Assembly: GCA_051294375.1 (NCBI GenBank)
Contig: CM119264.1
Coordinates: 29,231,589 to 29,288,167 of the forward strand
From: Paraspadella gotoi
Taxonomy: Eukaryota; Animalia; Chaetognatha
DNA length: 56,579 nt
Direction of reading: 5' to 3'
Shown here: positions 33,400 through 47,112 of the stretch, piece by piece
Position numbering within the stretch: position 1 is the first letter of the stretch
Layout of the letters: each line of letters opens with the position of its first letter
Position numbers and translations under genes: made by a program
Notes under the pieces: generated by a model
The model's input: only the letters and a program-made list of their open reading frames with translations
What the model was told of the DNA's origin: nothing
Databases searched by the model: none

Positions 33400-36300
33400 C
33401 CTCTCTTTTATTCTTAACTTTTTTGTTTTTTTTTATCGCCTTAAATCCTATATTCTCTTATCCTCTCTGTTACTCTTATTCTCTTCGCTCCCATCTCCCT
33501 CCCTCCCACTCTTCCTCTTACGTCCTCTCTTCTCTCCCTCTTATCATTCCCTCCTGTCTCTTTCCTCTCTTTCTCTCGTGTCTCTCGCATATCTTCCCTC
33601 CCTCCCTCCCTCCTCCTCTCTTTCTCTCTCTCTCTCTCTCTTTTCTCTCCCCCCTCTCCCCATACAGTCACACGAACCAGACACACAGACCAAAATCCCC
33701 ATCACCGCCCAGACTGTCAATCCTGTCGGCGGGACGGTGGACGCCGATCAGGCGGCCGCCCAGCACACGCTGCCCGCCGCCGGACTTGTCGGCCGGGCGC
33801 CATTTTTCATTGCGACAACACCTCGGCCGACGTGGCCGACGGGAAAGCGATGTTCGTACAAGTGTGGTACGATCCCTTCGCGGATAGGATGGAGGGAAAT
33901 TTGGTCTTGGAATTCCGTGAGGAGGCGAAGAAGGGAGGAGGGGAAAGTGAGGAGAGGAGGAGGGGGGAAGGGGAAGAGTGTGAAGGGAGGAGAGGGGAAG
34001 AGGGGAAGAGGTGAAGGAGGAGAGGGGGAGGTTAGGGTTGTTGCCAAATGCCAAAAGTTGCTCTGATTTCAATGAGGTTCACATAATATGTGGAGGGCCT
34101 AAAAAAAGATGTTAGGAACAATCGCCATTTAAATAAGTTGATCACTGGCCGTCTCTACTCTACCTTGAAGGATTTTGGCACACTTTCACTTCTAGTTCAT
34201 TTGTGTCTAAAGTAAGCTAAGTGTTTTTGTGTTCCCACTTAAATTTATTAGTTGTAAAGTTATATAAAGTTAATTCAAATAAATTTTCAGAATTCTTACT
34301 TCCTCTTGGAGGTCTCCTGCCTGCAGCATTTTACAATATGCTGCGAGGATGGGGTAGCTATTAAATAAAGAGTATATCTTTTTGAGTGCTGCAGTGCGTA
34401 CTAATAAAAGGTTCTCTGATCGATACCTCCTTTCTTAACAAGCCCTTTAACTATTTCATATAACCTTTTTTGAAATGCAAGTATGTTTACATCCTGGAGG
34501 AATACTTTCTTTGTACAAGTTTTTTAATTAATTACTTAAATTCATGCACAAAATTCTTATATCTTATTAATATGATAGTAGACAGTTTAAATAAAAATAG
34601 ATTAAGATAAGAAAGTTTATTGGATTATAAACTTATATAAATTGACTGGACCAACACTTTTCCATGGGAGAGCCCTTTTGAAGGATTCTGAAAATTTGTA
34701 TCTCCACACCCCATCAATTTAAAAAAAAAGGAAGACGTTCATATGTTTATCAAAATAGCTTTAAAAGCTGGCCCAAATATCGTAGTTACTTTTAGATTAA
34801 AATTTATTTGAACAGCATTCTTTATACGACCTGTAAAGGCATTTTCAATATGCTGAGAGGATGTGGACAAAGGCTTGCTCGCTGATGAAAGCTTTTAATA
34901 TTAAGAGAAATAGAAATCTTTAATTCTTTTATTCGAAGATATGGTCATATAAATGACTAGACTAATCATACCATTACTTCTAAACTGAGGTGTGCCTCAC
35001 ATCTTTGTAGGATTCTTCATGTACAGACTGCTTGAAGGATAAAATATCTTTATATTATATTATTATAAATAAATATATTTTTTTCATAATATGATAAAAT
35101 CAGATAAAGCAATCAGCCTGAGTCAACCTAAGAATAATATATCTAACAAATAATGAAATATCCTGTAATAAGATAAGCTAAATCCATATATTTTAAAGCT
35201 GAGTTTTTTAGGTTTTTTTAAAAAATTATTATGGAGTATTATAAATTTGAATTATTCCAAATGATTATAATTTCTTAATTTCACTATGCTGATATATAAA
35301 AAAAATAATTATTTTATTTATTGGTTTAATAATTTGTTGATTAATTGATCAAGTGGTTAAATAATTAATTAATATATTATAACTTAGCACAATGGTTGCT
35401 GGTTCTGTGCACCCTATAATTAATAAACTGTCTTTGCAAACTCAACGTATTATATTGCCCGATGTACAACAATGGAGTAGGAGGGGTAGTAGTAGGTTTA
35501 ATACTTTACATTATGGCTCCAGTTCGCTAAGTTTCAAAAGAGGGAAAAATCAAATCTTAGTTCAGCTCCGTCTTTTCGGCACCGCGTCTCTAATCTCTAG
35601 CGCGGAATCTTAGCGCCGGTCCGCTTAAATTGCGTCCCAATGCTAAGCGTCTGCCCAGCCCAGTGCTATGCAGCAGCGCCGCATCATGCCATCTCTTTTT
35701 ACAGTCCCTACAATTTGCCCACAAATTTTTATAAGTGGCATGATGCGTCAGCGCTGGTATTGCATCCTTGACCAATCTCCGGCTGCATCTGTGTCCACGT
35801 CCGCATTTTATGCTCGTGTAAGCATCCTGATCTATCTGCTGCATCTCATCCTTGGATCCGCAACACCTCGTAACATCGTTGTCTCTGCAGCACCATTGTA
35901 ACATTGTTATAGTTGGTTTATTATTCATTTACAGATTTTGAAGTATAGAATATTGTATCATATGATTATAAATTATTATATTTACTATTAAAACTTGATA
36001 AATTATGATTTTCAGAAATAATCATTATATTATATATCAGTAAAAAAGTTTTATATAATCCATTTTGTTGGTCCAGCCATCCGAACCTGAATCTGGGTGT
36101 TCATTCACTTAAAATCATGTCAGAACATCAATATTACGTGGTTCATGAAAACACGACCGTGCTGTGGGATTTGATGACGAGATGATATCTGGCTGCTGCG
36201 TTGCCCGTTTCCCACAAAGAAAAAATATTGAAGGTGAAGAAAAAGATATCGCGATTAATTTAACGTCAGAAACGTCCAGAGAGAGAAGAAATAATGCCTC

Positions 36301-37147
36301 TCAAAAACCCGCGGACGTTAAACACTTTCTCCATCCGTCCCAAATTTTTTTAATTACATTATTTTTTAAACTCACATCATCTTTTTTACTTTGCATCATT
36401 TTTCAATTCGTATCATTTTATAATTTGCCTCATTTTTTTAGCTTACATATTTTTTCAACTTTTTATAATTTTTTTAAATTGCCATCATTTTTCACTGAAA
36501 TTATTTTATTAAAAATTCATGATTAAGCATAATTAATAAAACTTCAAGGAACTTTATTTTTGGTTTTTCTATGAAAACTCATTCCACTCATCAATTCCCA
36601 TTGAAATTTTATATCCTGCTCAATCACACACTTTCCTACCCCATACAAAAATTTCATCTCGATTTAACATCCAATTGTAATTACTTAGAATAATTATAGG
36701 TTAAAATTATTAGAAAACGTTTTTTAGATTGATCAAACAACGATTTTTATTAATATGAGACGGATCAGGCGTACCAGGCCAGGAGAGACATTAGGATAGC
36801 CCTTGGGACTCTTCCCACAAGGAAGCCTTCCTAGTCCAACACACATAGGCTCAACCAACATGACCTCTCAGCCATTGACACGTCAATGGACTTCGACCAC
36901 ATCGTCAAGACCCCTTCATTGCTTCAAACCAAAGGGGCCAGCTCACTTTGAGTCTTCTTATTTCTTGAACTTTCACTTTATTTCACATTAATACTTATTC
37001 CAATCTCTCAAATTTCACTTTTCATTTTCAATTTCACATTCTGTTATTTTTAGTAGTTAATTGTTAAAATATTTATTTCACCTTTAGTCTAAACAATTTA
37101 TCTTTGTTGTACATTACCAAAATGTATTATTTTTCAAATATTCGTCT

Positions 37148-37194
<47 letters not shown>

Positions 37195-39701
37195 TTCACC
37201 ATTTAGTTTCTTTTCACAATCTGGCTCATTCTGTCCTCACAACCTGTTCCTCACATCTGACCACTATTCTTCTCAAACTCTTGGTTGGAAACTTTGCCCT
37301 TCTCTCTCTCTCTCTCTCTCTCTCTCATTCCCGTTTGCACAAATCTTTTCTTGAAAGTTCACAATTATCTCTGACGCGAGAGAAAGCTTGTAAAAAAACT
37401 AAAGCCAAAACAGGTCCGTCCATAATAATAAAAATTTTTGTTGTCAATTAAAAAAACGTTTTCTATCATCCAAACACAACGAAACAAAAGGAAATAACGA
37501 TGAGGTAAAATTAGTTAAAAAGATTTGGATTTAATAAAGTTTTTTCGTAATAAATGTGTTTTTTCATTTAAACACATTTCTGATTCTTTCCAAAACTTTA
37601 TACCTGTTTAATCATACACTTTCAATCCATCCATTCAAATACGAAATAATTGCAATTTTTTGCTAAGGGATATGATTTTTTGTCAGGAATTTATTAATAA
37701 TTCAATTTTTTTGACATGATTTAAGTGACTGAGTGCCAGATTGAGTGGGCGGATTGATGGACGGACCAAAGTGGATTAAAAATTGTTTTTTTATTTTATA
37801 TATGATATCAAGTGATTTATTTATGAAATCATTATTTTATAAAGTTTGTAATAGTAAATATATTCATCTATAAGTGCATATGATGCAGATATCCTATCAT
37901 TCCAAACATCTGTAAATGAATAATAACCAAACTACATATTAATTAATTATTTACCACTCAATCAATTAATCAAAAAATTAATAAACAATACATCAAGTAT
38001 CACTTTTTACATATCAGCATAAGGAAATTAAATAAATTGACGAGCATTAAAATATATTCAAATTTAATACTCCATAACATTTTTATAAAAAAATCTAAAA
38101 AACTAAGCTTTAAGTAAATGGATTTTAGCTATTTTATTATATTTTTAGATATATTATTTCTTAGGTTGATTCAGGCTGATTGCTTTATCTGATATTATCA
38201 TATTATGATAAAAAATATATTTATTTTATAATAATATAATAAAGATATTTTGTCCTTCAAGCAGTCCTGTACATGAAGAATCTACAAGTTGTAGGCACAC
38301 CTTGGTTAGAAGTAAATGGTATGATTAGCTCTATCATTTATATGACCATATTTTTAATCAAAAAAATAAGGATTTTACTTCTTTAATTAAAAAGCTTTAT
38401 CAGCAGACAAGCTTTGTCCACATCCTCCAGCATATTGGAAATGCCTTTACAGGTCGTATAAAGAATGCTGTCAAAAAATTTTTAATTAAAAAAGTAACTA
38501 CGAGTATTGGCCCAGCTATTAAAGCTTATTTTTTGATAACATAAACTTTCCTTTTTTTTAATTGATGGGGTCGCGTGGAGGATAAATTTCAGAATCCTTC
38601 AAAAGGAGGCTCCCATGAAAGTTGTTGGTCAAAATTTAAGATTTACCAAAAACTTTATCTTATCTATTTTTATAAACTGTTCTAACTATCTAATTTAATA
38701 GAATATATTTGTTATATAATTTAACAATTATAAAAACTGTACAAGAAGTATCCTCCAGAATGTAGAATACTTGCATTTTTCAAAAAAAGGTTATGAAATT
38801 TAGTTAAAGGCTTCGTAATGAATTATTTTAAGGAACCTTTTTAATAAGTACCATCAGCACTCAAAAGATATTACTCTTTATTTAATAGCTACACCTCCTC
38901 CAGCATATTGTAAATGCTGCAGCAGAGCCTCCAGAAGTAGTTAAGATCTGAAAATTTATTTGATTTACTTTATTATACTTTTACAACTAATAAATTTAAG
39001 TGGACATAAAAAACCTTTCTTATTTTTAGACACAATAAACTATGAAGTGAAAGGTGTGCCAAAATCCTTCAAGGCAGTGTAGCACGGACCAATGTCAACT
39101 TATTTAAATGGCGATTGTTCCTAACATCTTTTTTTAGGCCTCCACATATTATTCTGAGACCTTCATTTGAAATCAGCAACTTTTGGCATTTTGCACACCC
39201 TAGGGGGGTGGTGGTGAACGAAGGAGGGATGGAGAGTTCTCGCCGTCTTATTTTGTTACTTTCGCGTGCTTCATTGTTTTCTTGACATAATGTTCCGGCG
39301 TCAGAATCGTTTATCATTTACATATTTTGATGTTTAATTTTTTTTACAAAATTGAAAATCTTTATTAATACTGTAGTTATTGAACTATCTGACAGTCTGT
39401 CAGAGACGCGAAGCCTTTGTTGTCTCTTAACAATATCATAGAAGAATCTGTTAATATTTTCCTTATTTACCCCGTCCAATCCACCCTCCACCCTCTCGCT
39501 TACATCACCAACTCCAGCTACAACATCTCTTCCAGCGAGTTCCCGGTTTCGACGGCGCCCCCACGGCGGCCGCTCAACGCGCCGAGTTCCAACGGGCGTC
39601 TCTTTTGGACGTGGCGAGTCGAAGCGGCGTCGTGAATCGAGAGGAGGCGAAAAAAAGAGGATTCGTTTTTGAGAATAATCCTCAGGTATGGTGCAACTCG
39701 T

Positions 39702-39735
<34 letters not shown>

Positions 39736-40687
39736 GTGAGGAACTCAATCTCATTTTCTCTTATGAAATTGGTACAACCAATATAAAAATTATCCATTCA
39801 TTTAATAAATAAGCTATCTTGCCCTGACTTTGGACACAGGTTGGTGGTTTAAGGCCCTCATCACTCTACAGATAATGACATAGCAGGTCCCTGCAAGCTT
39901 TCAATCAAGACTCTCTCACAGTCTCGTTTATTACGTGTGATGGAAGCCTTAACTCAACATTCCCTGTCCTAAGTATGGGTAGAGGATAGCTTTTTCATTT
40001 AACCAATGGATAAACTTTTGTATTGGTTGTTCAATTGAAAAGTCAACTTATTTCATTTGAATTTCCTTTTCTCCCCCAAACCCCCTTCAGGTCAAGATCT
40101 TCTCCGATTTTAGACCTGGACCTGAACTGGCCATCAACACCGCACAGATCGGCCGCGTCTTTCAAGATCGATCGCACGTGTTTCGCGTCAAGTCACGTGA
40201 CCGCGCATTGAGCGATGCTAAGATTCACAACGTTAACGTGAAAGGGAAAAGAGGGAACATCGTGCAGGTGGGTAATACTGTAATACTACATATTAAGTAT
40301 TAGTGATATATATAATTATTATAATTCTTATGTTTTATATAAAACCCTGGCATTATAATGTTATTTAGGGTTATACAATACATCGGAATTACAACGTTTC
40401 ATCATTGTTGTTATCAGGTCTACCCTCGCGGTGGAATACGACTTTGTGCCAAACACGGCCGTTTTCGGGCTCGGCGACTATGTCCACTTTCAATGGACGG
40501 GCGCCAACACGAATCCAAATAACAATGACGGACAGGTAGTCATGATATTCAATTTGCAGGAGTCAATAGGAAGTTTTAAAGATAAAATCAATCCTGTACT
40601 AGTTATTTGGGGATTGGCAGTTTACTAAACATAAATTCTTCCCTCTTTCTCTCTCTCTCTTCTTCTCTCTCTCTCTCTCCTCTCTCT

Positions 40688-40724
<37 letters not shown>

Positions 40725-43700
40725 CTGCTCTCTCTGTCTCTCTCCTTTCTCTCTTTTTTTCTTTCTCTCTCTCTTTGCTGCATTTGTCAGTGGCTTTGAT
40801 TTCTCCAATCCGAGCTTCCTTTCATGCTATTACGCTTTTTGCCTTTTTAGAGCAAAAATTTTAAGCGACAACCCGGACTAAACAATAACAGCTTTCAATC
40901 GGAAAATTCGCCGAACAATATCTGTAGAAATAAAAGGAAAAAAAGAACATCTGAGCCAAATCGTGTACATTATTAAGGCGGGCCATAATTTAACACTTTT
41001 TACAACTTTAAAATATTTCTGTAATGAAAATCTTCGGATAAAAAACATAAATTTTCTTATGGGTCTTAGACGTGGAACCATTCTTGGGGGTCCGCTTCCC
41101 ATAGAGGCACGTAAATGGGTTAGAATTGAACCCAGTTACTAGTGTTCATCAGCTGATGACGCAAATAAACGAGCTAACGGAGTCAAAAGTTAAATATAAT
41201 TATGATTATATGTGGAATGAACTTAACTCAATGCCTGACTACATTTATAACCCAGGGCAAGGCTGGAACAGACCGATCCAACATCGTCCTCCAAAAGACT
41301 CTGGCTTTGGACATGGGGACTCCGATCAAAGCCACTGGGCCGTCAATTACCGGCAATAGTAGAAAAAAATCTTTTTGGGTCTCGATCTCAAGTCAAAAGT
41401 TGATTTTACGTTAGTGGGCGTGGCTTCACCGGGTAATGAACTACAATGCGATCTCTCTCTTNNNNNNNNNNNNNNNNNNNNNNNNNGGGAAGCCGATGTC
41501 GTACAATTGGACGATCCCTTCCGCGGATAGGATGGAGGGAAATTGCGTCTTGAGAATTCGGTGAAGGGAGGGAAAGGGAAGGGAGGAGGGAAGTGAGGAG
41601 AGAGGAGGGGGGAAGGGGGAAGAGGTGTAAGGGAGGAGAGGGGAAAGAGGAAGAGGTGAAGGGAGGAGGGGGGGGTATAGGGTTGTGCAATGCCAAAAGT
41701 TTCGGATTTCAAATGACGGTCTCACTTAATATGTGGAGGCCTAAAAAAAAAGAGTTATGGAAACGCCATTTAAGATAAGTTGATTCACTGGCCTGCTACT
41801 TACCTTGAAGGATTTTTGGCCACTTTTCACTTCATAAAGTTATTAGTGTCTAAAGTAAGAAAGTTTTGTGTCCATTTAATTTATTAGTTGTAAAGTATTT
41901 TAAAGTAATTCAAATAATTTTCAGATTTAACTTCTCGGGAGGCTCTGCTGCAGCATTTACAATTGTGGGAGGAGGTGTAGGCTATTAAAATAAATGGTTA
42001 TCTTGAGTGCTGATGTACTTTAAAGGTCTTATAAGATTAGTTTCATTACAAGCCCTTTAACTATTTCATAACCTTTTTTGAAAATGCAAGTATGTAATCC
42101 CTGGAGATACTTCTTGTACCAGGTTTTTTAATTACTTAAATTATGCACAAATTTATATCTATTAATTAGATGTAAGAGACAGTTTTAATAAAAATTAGAT
42201 AAGATAAAGCTTTTTGTTAAATTATAATTGATTGACCAACAACTTTTCATGGGAGCTCTTTTGAAGGATTCTGAAATTATCTCCACACCCCATTCAATTA
42301 AAAAAACAGGAAGTGTATGTTTTATCAAAAATAGGCTTATAAAAGCTGGCCAAATACTCGTAGTTACTTTTTTAATTAAAATTTTTTTTTGACAGATTCT
42401 TTTATTACGGACCTGTAAGGCATTTCCCAATATGCTGGGGATTGTGGACAAGGCTTGTGTCTGATTAAGCTTTTAATTAAGAATAAAATCTTATTTTTTA
42501 TTAGATATGGTCATATAAATATAGCTAATCATTACCATTACTTTCTACTAAGGTGTGCCTACATTTTGTAGATTCTTCATTGTACAGGAGCTTGAAGGAT
42601 AAAATATCTTTATTATATTATTATAAATAATAATTTTTTTCATAATATGATAAATCAGATAAAGCAATCAGCCTGAGTCAACCTAAGAATATAAATCTAA
42701 CAAATAATGAAATGATCCTGTAATAAGTAGACCCAAAAGTTAGTTAATATACAGACATCGGAGTTTCATAAAAACGTTTGCACTTAATCAGACGTATTTA
42801 TAATAATTTTTCGTTAAACATATTTAGTTTATAATGCATCGAAATAAGAGTCCGAATCGAATACGTCATTTCGTATCTTTTTAATGTTAAGACCGGTCAA
42901 GCCGGTCAAAAAGAAAAAAGATACTGCGAACTGGGCGGATTATTCGCGAATTTTTCATAAAAAGAGCATCTTTTCCCTTGAGAATCTGACGATGAGTTTA
43001 TTTTTTTTTCATAACATATGTATTTATTAATATATTTTCTATTTTTATTAATAATTTCATAATGCTAATAATTTTATAAGTTTTTAGTAGCTGCATGTGT
43101 GATTTTTAATAGTTTTTCTGTTTTTTTATAGAGAAAAAAATTTTTAGAATTATTCGCTATTTTTTGTTTTGCTGTACTGAAATTCGAGTCTGGAACATAT
43201 ATTTAAGAGAAATTAATTATAAAATATGATCTTTATATAGTAAAATGATAAATAACAATAAATTGATAATTAATATTTAAATAAAAGATGAAATTTTTTA
43301 ACACATGACAATTATTTATACAAACATAATTGCTTTAACGGATATGTTTGATTACAATTTTATCCCTTCTTCTTAAAACATCTTATTATTATAGAAAGTC
43401 ATTTTTCCTATGTACTATAGTTTCATTTTTATAACTATATAATAGGCCAATAATTTAAGGATGAATGAGGGTTTGATCATCCATAGTCAAACTTTTTTTC
43501 AATTATAAAAATTTATGTCTTGGTTTTTTTTTTTAGTTTTTATAGTCATTGTATTATTTATTTTCATTTGTGTTGATTTAGAGACGAAATATAAACTTTT
43601 ATGGGTTAACAATAACGACATTAAATTTTTTACGTAAAATGGACCATTTTTCGACACTAATTGTTAGCCTTCATCGTTGTTGTTAACAATTTAAAATGTT

Positions 43701-46700
43701 CCATATATTCATATTGTTAATCATAATTGTTTACTCACTTTTTCAATTTGGTTGATGAAGAATTAACAAAGCAATCTATTCCTTATTTACGACAATAGGT
43801 TTCGATTTAATTTTATAAATAATGACATGTTTGATTTTAATCTTATTAAATAACAAAGCAATTTTTTAAGATCTTTGAGTTACGGTTTCCCTCCCAAAAG
43901 TTTCTCTGTTTTCTTTATAAAATGAAAGTAGTTTTTTGATTATGATCAGAAATTAAACAAATTAAATAGAAGACAGTTAATATATATTACCATATCAAAA
44001 ATGGAGTCCCGGTATCATGTTGCCTAAACACAAAAAGGATCCAATCGTCAATCTATGTATTTGCTATTCAAATTTAGTAATATATTATAGATTCGTATTT
44101 AATTTTCTTCCTGATCATTCAAAACATTAATATACTTAATCATTGATTATGATTGAATGGATCCTTTTCACTTATCTATATTTATTATACGGTGTGCAGG
44201 ATTGTGCCCATGTTATTATTGGCCCATAAAAGTGCGCCCCTTGGTTTACCCATGTAAGCATTGGCGCCCACATACAATTGCAACCTTATAGTATTTCCTT
44301 CCACGTATTCCCACGTATTTCTACGTGGTACAATACAAAAATAATGGACCTCAGTTGATAAAAAATTACTTTAAAAAATATAGAATATTCATTAATAATT
44401 TTAAATAAATTTAAATTCTTTCTTTGCAGTTATTTTTTAAATAATGTTTTTTATAATTTTATTATTAATTATTAAATACTAATATTAAATTAGTATTATT
44501 ATTTTTTTAATTTTCTTTTATTGGTTATTTTATCTTTGTTATCAAGTGTTTCCATTATTTACCTATTTATTTAAGCAGCCTATAATAGTGACTTAAACGA
44601 TGAATATACAATTGTATATACAATTTATATTATATTATTGTAATAAGGAACTTAAACAAGCAAATAGTTAATATTTTAATTTTATGGCAAAAATCTCTTT
44701 GAATTCCTCATTTTGGTAAAGTAAAAAGAAGATTCAAGCATCTCAATTTAAATTGCTTATTTTGTCTATTTATATTAGTTTAAATACTATAAAAATTATA
44801 TATGATTATAAAATATATATTCTAAAACTATAATATTCAATTATTATTATATTACAATAATAAAACGTTTAAAAATTACAGCGAATTAAAGGAGCGTCAT
44901 CGTTTACCTGACAAATTCCGTCGATGAAGCTAATTTGCATTATTTAGGAGCCAGATAAAAAATGACCGGGATTCTCTTCATGTGATTCTCAAATCGAATA
45001 AAAGGTGTTTTAATAAAGTATAATATCATGTGTGAATCAACTTGTGTGAACGTTTTGAAAATTGAAATCCCTCTTGATACAACTATAATAAGATAGCTAA
45101 ATCCATATATTTTAAAGCTGAGTTTTTTAGGTTTTTAAAAAATTATTATGGAGTATTATAAATTTGAATTTATCCAAATGATTATAATTTCTTAATTCAC
45201 TATGCTGATATATAAAAAAATAATTATTTTTATTTATTGGTTTAATAATTTGTTGATTAATTGATCAAGTGGTTAAATAATTAATTAATTATTATTAACT
45301 TAGCACTGGTTGCTGTTCTGTGCACCCTGTATAATTAATAACTGTCTTTTTGCAAACTCAACGTATATATTGCCGATGTACAACAATGGAGTAGGAGGGG
45401 TAGTAGTAGGTTTAATACTTTTACATCTATGGTTCCAGTTCGCTAAGTTTCAAAAAGAGGGAAAAATCAAATCTTAGTCAGCTCCGTCTTTTTCGGCACC
45501 GCGTCTCTAATCTCTAAGCGCGGAATCTTGCGCCGGTCCGCTTAATTGACGTCCCAATGCTAAGCGTCTGCCACGCCCAGTGCTATGCCAGCAGCGCCGC
45601 ATCATGCCATCTCTTTTTTACAGTCCCTACAAATTTGCCCACAAATTTTATAAGTGATGATGCGTCAGCGCTGGTATGCATTCCTTGACCACATCCCCGG
45701 CTGCATCTGTGTCCACGTCCGCATTTTAGCTCTGTAGCATCCTGATCTATCTGCTGCATCTCATCCTTGGAATCCGCCAACACCTCGTAACATCGTTGTC
45801 TGCAGCACCATGTAACATTGTTATAGTTGGTTATTATTCATTTACAGATTGTTTGAAGTATAGAATATTTGTATCATATGATTATAATATATATTTACTA
45901 TTAAAACTTGATAAATTATGATTTCAGAAATAATCATTTGATATTATATATCAGTAAAAAAAGTTTTATATAATCCATTTGTTGGTCCAGCCATCCGAAC
46001 CTGAATCTGGGTGTTCATTCACTTAAATCATGTCAGAACATCAAATTACGTTGGTCATGACAAAACACGACCGTGGCTGTGGGATTTTGATGACGAGATG
46101 ATATCTGGCTGCTGCCTTGCCCGTTTCCCACAAAGAAAAAATATTGAAGGTGAAGAAAAAGATATCGCGATTAATTTAACGTCAGAAACGTCCAGAGAGA
46201 GAGAAATAATGCCTCCCAAAAACCTGCGGACGTTAAACACTTTTTCTCCATCCGTTCCAACATTTTTTTAACTTACATTATATTTTTAAACTCACATATC
46301 TTTTTAACTTGCATCATTTTTTCAATTTGTATCATTTTTATAATTTGCCTCATTTTTTTAGCTTACATAATTTTTTCAACTTTTATAATTTTTTTTAAAT
46401 TGCATCATTTTTTCACTGAAATTATTTTATTAAAACATTCATGATTAAGCATAATTAATAAAACTTCAAGGTAACTTTATTTTGGTTTTTCTATGAAAAC
46501 TCATTTCCACTCATCAATTCCATTGAAATTTTTATCCTGCTCAATCACACACTTTCCTACCCATACAAAAATTTTCATCTCGTTTAACCATCCAATTGTA
46601 ATTACTTAGGAATAATATTAGGTTAAAATTATAGAAAACGTTTTTAGATTGATCAAACAACGATTTTTATTAATATGAGACGGACAGGCGTACCAGGCCA

Positions 46701-47059
46701 GAGAGACATTAGGATAGCCCTTGGACTCTTCCCACAAGGAAGCCTTCCTAGTCCAACACACATAGGCTCAACCAACATGACCTCTCAGCCATTGACACGT
46801 CAATGACTCGACCACATCGTCAAGACCCTTCATTTGCTTCACCAAAGGGGGCCAGCTCACTTTGAGCTCTTTCTTAATTCTTGAACTTTCACTTTATTTC
46901 ACATTAATACTTATTTCACAAATCTCTCAAATTTCACTTTTTTCATTTTCAATTTTCACATTCTGTTATTTATTAGTAGTTAATTGTTAAAATATTATAT
47001 TTCACCTTTAGTCTAAACAATTTATCTTTGTTGTACATTACAAAATGTATTATTTTCAA

Positions 47060-47112
<53 letters not shown>

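Larger units (their letters stand above)
33840..41450 (+). repeat. Copy A of a ~7.6-kb tandem duplication (DD3-3 exons 6-10, frameshifted)
   Basis: Collinear with 41487-51325. Exon copies 39518-39685, 40091-40267, 40418-40535 and 41256-~41448 carry 1-nt indels. Ends at an N gap. Confidence 0.9.
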
